32,207 nucleotides of DNA from Guillardia theta CCMP2712 (Eukaryota; Protista; Cryptophyta). The DNA lies in contig NW_005434541.1 of the NCBI RefSeq assembly GCF_000315625.1, positions 49,747 to 81,953 of the forward strand. The letters are read 5' to 3'. The notes beneath the pieces are model-generated. The model worked only from the letters and a program-made list of their open reading frames with translations, was not told where the DNA came from and did not search any database. How positions within the stretch are numbered: the stretch's first letter is position 1; the number at the start of each line of letters is the position of its first letter. The translations under genes were made by a program, and so were the position numbers. Below, in pieces: positions 1 through 9,300 of this stretch.

Positions 1-3000
1 AGGAGGAGGAGGAGCTGTGGTAGTTGTGGAAAGGGAGAAGAAGCATGAAGAATGGGGGGAAGAGTGAGAGAGGACCAAAAACCTGGCAGAGATGAGGATG
101 TACTGGAATCCGAACAGCCATGAGAAAATATTGAAGACAAACTGCCAACAAGGTTAGTCTCAGCCATGCCTCTTCCCTCCCCTCTTCTTCTTCCTCCTCA
201 TCTCTCCGCCCTGCTCTTGCCACCCATCCTCCTGCTCCTCCTTCTCCTCCTCTCCCCACCCCATCCCCTCTCTCTGCACGCACCAGGAGCACTGGGAGCA
301 AGGACAGTATGAGGCACACGAAGCCGGCGGTCTGGTCGAGGCGGGAGAGTGACGGGAACGATTGTCCCCATTCCTTGCTACCGGGCTCGTGAGAAGGAAG
401 CAAGTGCACGTGCTGTACCCTTACAAGCCTTCCTCCGTAAAGGTCGTGACGGTCACGTCCAGCATCCATGCAGCTTTCACCTGCGGAGAAAACACAGTCA
501 CCCCTCCTTCCATTTCTTCTTCCCTCCCTCCTTTCCTTCCTACCCTCGCTCCCTCGTCCAACGTTCCTTTTCCTCTTGGGACCCCTTCCCCTTGAACTTT
601 GTGTTTTGTTTCCCTCCTCTTCTAAAGCGACTTTCTTGTCCTTTCTCCGTCCTCTCTCCCCCCTTCTACTTGTTCGTCTCCCCTCCCCTCTCCTCCCTAG
701 TTGTCCCTTGCCATCCCTCACTGAACCATGTGAAAATTCACCTGCCACGGCAGCCCCAGCCGCTTGTTGACGAGCCTCGAGATCCACTGGAGCAGCACAA
801 GCATCGATCGCTTCAGCCCTGCCCTCCCGTTACCATCCCCCAGACTGCTACCAGCATGCTCACCCGACTTGGGAAGGCCGCCTGGGGTGCGAGGATGGAG
901 GAGATCTGGGAGGAGTAAGAGAGGAAGAGGAGGGCGACGAGAGGGTGGGTGGGGGGGGGGGGGGGGGAAAAGGATGGTGGCGGAAGGGAAGGCAGGAAGG
1001 AGAGTGAGTAGATTCGCAGATTTTCGACAAGCCCAACGAGAAGGGGGACCCCAAAAAGGGGGAGGACGAGGGGGGCGAGGGGGACCAAGGGGATGGAGAT
1101 GCTCTTCCCCTCTCTGTCTGGGGGGGGGTGAGCAGAAGAAGAGGATTACCATCCTGCAGCAAACGTGAAAAGCTTAAAAGCCCTCCATGAAGGAGTTCAG
1201 GCGCCCGAGAAGAAAGGGAAGGAGGGGGGGCTTGGGCCCCCCTTCTCTGGCCCAGGGGTAAAAGCCCCCCCATCTCCTTCATCTGAGATTGCGTATAGGT
1301 ATATGGATAGGAGCAACCATAAAAGNNNNNNNNNNNNNNNNNNNNNNNNNNNNNNNNNNNNNNNNNNNNNNNNNNNNNNNNNNNNNNNNNNNNNNNNNNN
1401 NNNNNNNNNNNNNNNNNNNNNNNNNNNNNNNNNNNNNNNNNNNNNNNNNNNNNNNNNNNNNNNNNNNNNNNNNNNNNNNNNNNNNNNNNNNNNNNNNNNN
1501 NNNNNNNNNNNNNNNNNNNNNNNNNNNNNNNNNNNNNNNNNNNNNNNNNNNNNNNNNNNNNNNNNNNNNNNNNNNNNNNNNNNNNNNNNNNNNNNNNNNN
1601 NNNNNNNNNNNNNNNNNNNNNNNNNNNNNNNNNNNNNNNNNNNNNNNNNNNNNNNNNNNNNNNNNNNNNNNNNNNNNNNNNNNNNNNNNNNNNNNNNNNN
1701 NNNNNNNNNNNNNNNNNNNNNNNNNNNNNNNNNNNNNNNNNNNNNNNNNNNNNNNNNNNNNNNNNNNNNNNNNNNNNNNNNNNNNNNNNNNNNNNNNNNN
1801 NNNNNNNNNNNNNNNNNNNNNNNNNNNNNNNNNNNNNNNNNNNNNNNNNNNNNNNNNNNNNNNNNNNNNNNNNNNNNNNNNNNNNNNNNNNNNNNNNNNN
1901 NNNNNNNNNNNNNNNNNNNNNNNNNNNNNNNNNNNNNNNNNNNNNNNNNNNNNNNNNNNNNNNNNNNNNNNNNNNNNNNNNNNNNNNNNNNNNNNNNNNN
2001 NNNNNNNNNNNNNNNNNNNNNNNNNNNNNNNNNNNNNNNNNNNNNNNNNNNNNNNNNNNNNNNNNNNNNNNNNNNNNNNNNNNNNNNNNNNNNNNNNNNN
2101 NNNNNNNNNNNNNNNNNNNNNNNNNNNNNNNNNNNNNNNNNNNNNNNNNNNNNNNNNNNNNNNNNNNNNNNNNNNNNNNNNNNNNNNCGGGCTGACCGCA
2201 ACACCGAACCTCGAGAGGAACTGAGTCTTGTCCATGCTGTTCACCTGCTCGGAAGTGAGCGCGAGAACGGGGAAGACACAGAGGAGGAAAGCAGGGGAAT
2301 GGGGGGGGGGGCATGCAGCAGGTGGAGGCAGGCAGGAGGAGGAGCAAGAGGAGGAGAAAGGGGATTAGGAGCAGGATAGAGGAGGAGGAGGAGAAGGAGG
2401 AGCAAAGTATGGGCGGGAGTTCGAGGAGGAGGACGGGAGGGAGCGAGGGAGCGAGGGAGCGAGGGAGCGAGGGAGGGAGCGAGGGAGGGAGCGAGGGAGG
2501 GAGGGAGCGAGGGAGGGAGCGAGGAGGAGGAGGAGAGACCATCTGGCCCGAGGAATCCTGGAACATGCGAGCGATGGTGAACTGCTCGCGCTCACTCGAC
2601 TTGAGGTTCTGCTCCTGCAGCTTCTGGCGCACAACCTCGCAGAGGACGGACGAGTCCCTTCCTGATCTCCTCAGAACCCTCGGAGGCTGGCACCTCTTCT
2701 CCCTCTCCTGCCTCCTCCTGTCCCACAGGCACTCCGGCACCTCCTGCCGCATCACAAACTTGCTGGGATGGGCAGAGAGCAGTTTGGTCTCCTTGGGGTC
2801 CTTGCGGCGGACGGGATACTGGTCCCAGACGTTCTCATCCTGTAAGAGGAGGAGAGCTTGAGAGGAGAGCGAGGAAAGAAAGTTGGAGGGTTTGTAGAGG
2901 ACGGAAGCAAACAGCGAGAGCAAGAGGAGAAGGACGAGATGATGAAAAAAGGACAGAGATAACGAGGAGGAGGAGGAGGTTACCTCAGAGAAGATCCAGA

Positions 3001-3394
3001 AAGTGTCAAGCCTCTCCAGCAGAGCTTTCAGCTGCGCCTCTTCGTCCGAGCCCTTCTCCGCAAACATCTTCTTCACCTCGCCCAGCAGCCGATCCCAGCT
3101 CGATGCCTCTTGCTTCTTCCTTGCCAGCGAGCTCAACGAGGAGAGGAGGAGGCCCTGCATGCTGTCGACCTCATGCAGGAGCTGCTGCCACTGGACGAGG
3201 ATGGAGGATGGAGCCTCCCTTGAGGAGTAACGGGGAGGAGGAGAGTCGATGAGGTTGAAGTCCTGCAGGCAGACGATGTCGACGAAGCAGGGAGGGAGAA
3301 GCACCTCTAGATCGTCATCGATGTCCCTCCCGAAGACCTTCAGGGAAGACAATAGCAGATTTCAGTCCTCTCATCATCTCCAGCCCAACCATCT

Positions 3395-3447
<53 letters not shown>

Positions 3448-5944
3448 CCCCATCCCCTTCCTCCCCCTCCTGAGTCAGCTCTCCAACCCTTGCCTCCCTT
3501 CTGCCCTTCTGCCCTTCTTTATCCATCTCCATTCCCCCCGCTCGTTCACCTGCACTAGAGGGTGACGTTGCATGTCCTGCAGCCGCCAGTCGATGCATCG
3601 CTCAAGATGGTCGATGCAGATCTGCTTCTGCTCCGACAGCAGCGGCAGCACCTGCCCGTGCGTGCGAGCATGCACGTACTCCGACGCCAGCTAGGGCTCG
3701 ATCAGCCAACAGACGAGCAGGGGAACAAGGATAGATGCGGGGGTGGAGGAGGGAGAAGATGGATACACGAGTGGAGGAGAGCAGGAGTAGCGGGGTAGAA
3801 GGAGGAGACGGGGAGGAGAGTTGAAGAGAGCAGAGTGACGAAGAGGAAAACAGCAGCAAGAGAGGGAGAAGAGAGCGATACATGGGGAAAGAGAAATGGA
3901 GGTCAGGACAGCAAGGGAAGTATGAGAACAAGAGGTCGAGAGATCGGGAGAGAACCTTGCGGGCCCTTGAGATGATCTTCCATCGAGTTGAGGCGACTTG
4001 CCTGGATGATCAAGGAAGACGAGAGCAGGAGCAGGAGCAGGAGCAGGAGGAGGAGGAGGAGGAGGAGGGACCGATATATTGTTAGCTTATCGTCTTTGAA
4101 ACCCCGCGCTGAGTCTCACCTGGACTGGCCACTCTTCCTCCTCTCCTCAGGGGAGCACATTGCCTGGATGAGATTTCCAGCGCTCCTATCGAGGTTCGCT
4201 CGACTCGAGGAGGATGAGGAGGACGGCCAGCAGCCGTCGAGGAAGCGATCAAGCATGTCAAGGAGGAGGGCAGGCTTCAGCTGCTGCTGCTCGTTGAGGT
4301 TCCTCTGCTTGAAGAAGGCGGCCTTGACGACGCGCAAGATGTCCACGAGGATAACGGAGAAGAAGAGCAGATTCCCGTGGATGTAGAGCTCATCATCTTC
4401 GCTGTGCATCCTGGCGCCTGTGATTGTCATCCACAGCCCGATGTAAATCTTGATCTCCTCCGCCCGCTGAATGTTCCCATCCCTGCCCCATTGTCACCAG
4501 CTCCTCCCTCCCCCCTCCCGATCCTGCACCCTCATAACTCTTGAATTTCGAACTTCCTCTTCCCCCTTCCCCCTCGTCCCCCTCGTCCTCCTCCTCCTCT
4601 CTGCCCTCCATAACTCACCGGACGAAGTTTCCTCCTCGTTCCCTCATCAGCAGGTACGCAAACGCCGTCCGAAGGAAATTATAGAGTCGAGGCTGCAGCT
4701 CGAGCAGCTCCCATCTTAACCCTCGCTGTGTCAAGCACCAATCAGCCCCAGCATTCCACAATCTCTCCGCCATCCCCCCCCTAACCCCACCCCCCCTCCT
4801 CCCCTCCTCCCCGATGCCCTGAGGATTCTCAACGCTTCTCTTTGACGTTTGCCTTCCCATCTCCTGATCCACCTACCTCCTCCCCTTTTCTTCCCTCGTT
4901 CTCTTTCCTGCCCTGCTTTTCCATTCTCGCACCTCCTCTCTCCCCCTCCCTCCTCTCCCCTCCCCTCCCCTCCCCTCAACTCACCGAGGGATGCGCCACC
5001 ATCCGAGGATCCAAGCAGATCGCCTTCTCTGTCACTCTCTCGATGAGCATCTCGATGGCCTTGAGGTGCCGCCGGTTGGGTCGGAGGTCTCGAGTCGTAT
5101 GCTCCAGACACATGGGCGTCAGGCTCGGCATCCTCCCTCCCTGTCCTGTCACGAAGCACGAGGTGTCGAGCCAGAACGCCGAGAGGACATCAAGAGTCTG
5201 CTTGACCTCGATCGGATCACCCTTCATCAGCTCCTCCAGGTACTTGTGGAGGACCCTCAGGTATGCGTCTGAGCTGCCCCTCGTCTGCATGCTCAGGTTG
5301 CTCATGGAGACTCGCGCGTCCAAGTGTCTGCATACCACGGGAAACGCGCCGATGGCATAGAGGAGGAGCTGAGACGCCGAGCATTCAATCGCCACTGGCA
5401 TGTTCTGGCGTGGGATCAATTTCTCCGGAAGAAACCTGCTGGGGAACTTGAACTGCGAATACTGCCGCAGCTTCCTCACTGCAAGAAACAGTCCTCCAGT
5501 CTTCCCATGCTGATTCCGAGAGGAGGAGGGAGTCCCGTGCCTCCTCTCCCCCGTCATCTTGGCTCCTTCGACAATCGCCAGCACCAGAGCTTCTAGGTCA
5601 AGATCGACCTGATCAGGGCTGAGCCTCGACACCAGCAGGGGGGTAGGGATCTTGGTCTTCTCGTCCATCTGCATGATCTCCTCCAGGTCCGTGGGGATGC
5701 CGAAGATCGACTTGATGAACTCAGGGAGAACCTTCTCGAACTCGTCGTGGTTGTTGCTCGAAACTTCTGCCAGGTAATTCGCCACCTGCGAGCATTTCAG
5801 ACCTCCTGCCGTCGCCACGCTCGAACTTACCCATCGGCAGTCTATCCACTTCGCCATTCCTGTCTTGGGCGCCATACCTCCTGCCGCCCCCCCTCCGGCC
5901 ATCACGCCCGCCATTCCTATCCCTGACGCAGTCCTTCCCGCCAT
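1..5944 (-). CDS. SMPD4: Sphingomyelin phosphodiesterase 4-like protein (neutral sphingomyelinase 3 / NET13 family); multi-exon, spans the N-gap, 3' end probably at or beyond the window start
   Basis: ATG at 5944. Collinear blocks resemble SMPD4 motifs as I recall them: LPEFIKSIFG, GGLFLAVRKL..QFKFPSRFLP, SSDAYLRVLHKYL, LDVLSAFWL (exon 1); LQPRLYNFLRTAF (~4660-4700); YIHGNLLFFSVILVDIL (~4340-4385); LLQWISRLVNKRLGL (~750-800). Hydrophobic C-terminal exons (GFVCLILSLLPVLL / FVFNIFSWLFGFQYILISA at ~85-330) fit a tail anchor. Exact internal exon borders and the assignment of exons left of the gap are uncertain. Confidence 0.72.
1326..2187. other. Assembly gap (862 N)
   Basis: Run of N. Confidence 1.
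3395..3446. repeat. (CTCCTG)n microsatellite, intronic
   Basis: About 8 tandem CTCCTG units, the reverse complement of CAGGAG. Confidence 0.95.
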
Positions 5945-5959
5945 GTGTCCTGGCCTCTG

Positions 5960-6270
5960 CCCCTCTTCCCCGCCCTGACCCAGGATTCAGGAATCTGCCC
6001 AGGAATCCGATGATCTGCCGGGCCGGGCCCAGTCAGGGCCCAGTGGCCCGCCGGGACTCCCGGGAGCTCGGGCCGATCCGCCGGGCCGCGGCCGGCACTT
6101 CCGAGGCTTCGGCACACTTCAGTGAGGCTGGCATCATGGGGCCGGAGCCCGCGGGGCTCGGAGCACTCAGATCTCTGTGCCAGTGAATCTGCTAGGCTGA
6201 GGAGCTGCAGTAGGTGCTGCCCCCCCCCCCCGCCCGAGGAGCGGCCGGGCAGCCCGCCGCCCGCGTGACT
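5960..6270. promoter_or_regulatory. GC-rich CCGG/GACTC island upstream of the SMPD4-like gene (putative promoter)
   Basis: Very high GC with CCGG/GGCC clusters, lying between the receptor stop (6343) and the SMPD4-like ATG (5944). Same character as the islands at ~11.7, 22.0 and 30.5 kb. Confidence 0.4.
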
Positions 6271-6342
6271 GGACTTTTAGCCGAGATGATTGATTTTGTG
6301 AAACATCGAGTCTATTTACAACAAGATTGTGACTTCCTTGAA

Positions 6343-9300
6343 TCATATCCCTCGCGTGCTCTCAGCACGAAGAATCCTGTACAACTTGTGCATCTGCAGC
6401 AGGAGAGGAAGTGAGAGGAGGGGGAGAGGAGGGTAGGGGAGAGGGAGAGCCGGGAGGGAAGGCAGGAGGGGGAAAGGAGGGAGAGCGGAGGGCGTACAAG
6501 GGAGAACAAATACCTTGATCTTCATCTGGTGAATCTTCTTATCGTGTAGCTGTATCTCCCCGATGATCTTCATGCCGCAGTTGGTCGTGAACAGGACGCC
6601 GATGGTCAAGTCCCGGTAGCCCTCCTGCGACTCCGAGGCGATGAACTTGTTCTTCACCCGGCATACCTGCGGGCAGCGTGAGAGGGAGAAAGGCAGCAGC
6701 TCCGATCCGGACCTTGATCCCTGAAGACTCGTCGAGGCTGTTGAACCACTCGAAGATCTCGAGGATCTTCTTGGGCCCCTCGCAGATCACTGAGAGCCGG
6801 ACCTGCCATGGGCATCACTGACGTGCGGCCGGCCGATGGCGACGCGTCACCGGGTCCAAGATGTACCCGCTGTAGGGCCTGACGCAGCGCAGGAGAGGGT
6901 CCGCGTACTTAAAGAGCTTCTGGCTCATCCTCGCTAGCGACTTGACTGGAGCGAAGGACACCTCCACCCGTCTCACCCCTTCTTCGAATTTGCAGTCCAT
7001 GGTGATGGAATGGTGTAGGATGTCGTTGTGGTCGTCATCGAAGTCCACACAGATGGTACTCTGGTCTGAGGAGCCCAGGACCGCCTCCTCCCAGTGCACA
7101 GTCGGCTCCTTGTCATGGCTGCGTGTTCGACCCACCACCTCGTGCGACTGGATGACCTGGAGGACCCTCTTCTGAAAGGCGTGGTTGATCAGCTTCGCTC
7201 TGAGGTGGAGCTGCGATATGAACACATCTTCGTTGTGCACTCTGTACCCGCTGGGCGAAACCTGGATCATTTTGTTCTCTTCCTGATACAGCATTTCCTT
7301 GGCATCCTCTTCGTGCATGCGGATCGCCCCAACCTGCAAGCCCACGAGCGTCAGAGTCACTCCTGCTGCGCACGAGCTCATACAAACCTCATCGTCTGAT
7401 TGCTTGTACGGCGAGTATCTCCTGGGCGGGTCGTGCGAGTCCTGAAAGACGACGAGCTTTTCTCCTGCCGCTTCCTTCTGCATGTTCTGGAACCTCGTCT
7501 GGCAGTGCTGCCCCAGCATGGCCATGTGCTTTGATACCGCAGCCTTCAACTTGGGAAACAAGTTCAGCTCGTCATCATGCCAGATGTTGATCTTGGTAGC
7601 TTTCTCCAGGAAGAAGGCGAACCTCGTTTCAAAATCATCCAGACCCTCAGTAGACGACTTCTCGGGCGAGTCATCCGGCATCAGCATGGCTTCGCAGCAC
7701 CCGACAACGAAGTCTCCCAGCAGGTAATACCGCATCTGTTCGTCACTCACGACACTCTGCAACGAGCCTCCATGATCGTGACTGTGCTCGAACGACGACA
7801 GGTTCGAGACAGTCTCGGTCTCGGCCAGCGGATGGAAGATCGCCGAGCTCCTGAGCCAGCTGCACATCGCGTTCACGTACTTGAGCTCGAAGTCCTTGAC
7901 CAGGGCGAGCCTTGCAAGATGCTCCAACAATTGATAGTCAATGACCGTCATTCTCCTTCTAGTCAGAACGAACTTCCGGTACCGCACCTCCTTGCTCGTC
8001 AGGAACCCATCCCTCCTCGTGAGCTTCAGCTGATGCCGAATATGGTGGATCATCCTTATGATCTCCACGTCATGATCTTCAACTTCAGTGTTCTTGCAAC
8101 AGTAGTACCAACTCAACAAAGCAACGACGCAAAAGAAAGCAAAGATCAAAGTAGTCGAGAGTACGATGGCTAGCACCGTCTGGGAATTGCTGGTAGAAAT
8201 GCTGGGACAGCTCTTTTCAATGTTCGGGCCGTTCCCTCCAGGCCAGGTTAAGGCGACGTTGAGCCAGGTCTGTTGCGAAACTTCCCGCTGCACTAGATAT
8301 GTGATGGTTCCTGCCTCCCATTGCGCGACGGAAATAGTGCCGTTTTCGTTTGTGTTGACCAGATCATACCTGCAGTATAGAGGACAAACACAAGATCGTC
8401 AGCAGATGAAGGAAACGGATAAGGATAAGGATTAGGATTAGGATAAGGATAAGAGAAAGGAAGAGAAGAAGGCAGCGGCGGCGGCGGTGGAGATGATGGT
8501 GATGGTTACAGCGAAAATGGAGGGGGGAGGGGGAGTAGGAAGAGCAGGAGGAGCAGGAGAATCTGTCTCACTTTGCATCCGACGGGTCCAGCTCCCTATT
8601 GAAGGTGATCAGTCCTGAAGCTCCCTCGAACCGCAGGCTGCGAAAAGTTTCTACGATGGCGGGCACATTGAAGACGGACAACCCTTTCTTGATCATTGCG
8701 TCAAACGCACGTGCCACCGCATACGTGGCATCATAGGAAAGCACCAGGTATGGGTTCGTGAACACATTCGTCAGACCCGGATACTCGTTCGGGTCTAATC
8801 TTCCCCAGAAATTCTTCATCCGCGCGAACTGAGGATTGGTTTCGTTGAAACCAACCTTCATGCCGATGTACCCCACAGGCAAGCCCGATGCAAGGGAAGT
8901 GACGGACTCACTGCCCAGCCAAATGATCTTCCCAGAAGCACCGATGGCTTTCGCAGCATCGAAGAGCTCGAGTGCGTCGGTGTTGTGCATCGCCAAGATG
9001 TAGAGGCGCGTGTTGCTGCAGTTGTCGTACATCGTCTTCAGCAAGCTCTTGGTTCCCGAGGGATTTCCAAACTCCCAGAAGAACGTCTGCTCCACCACAA
9101 TGCCAAGTTCCTGACTTCTCTGCAGGAATCTCTCTGCAAGTCCAGTGCAATAGACATCTTGGCATCCAATCAGTTGACACCTTTGCCATTTGAAATGCGC
9201 CAGAACGTCTGCAATGGCCTGTCCTTGCAGATTGTCGGAGGGGCAGGTACGTGCAAAGTTGGGGAACCGGGTGATGTTGGAAAGCACATCACTTGTAGAG

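Noticed and set aside
930-1325. Homopolymer-rich sequence next to the gap as a distinct element
   Set aside because: Looks like a low-quality read end at a contig edge.
860-3352. Long ORFs (830, 404, 335, 321 and 311 aa) crossing 1326-2187
   Set aside because: Artefacts of N-runs and low-complexity introns; only parts are SMPD4-like exons.
7570-7800. His-Asp pairs (HSHDH, WHDDE) as an RSH HD hydrolase domain
   Set aside because: No HDxxED or other collinear hydrolase motifs.
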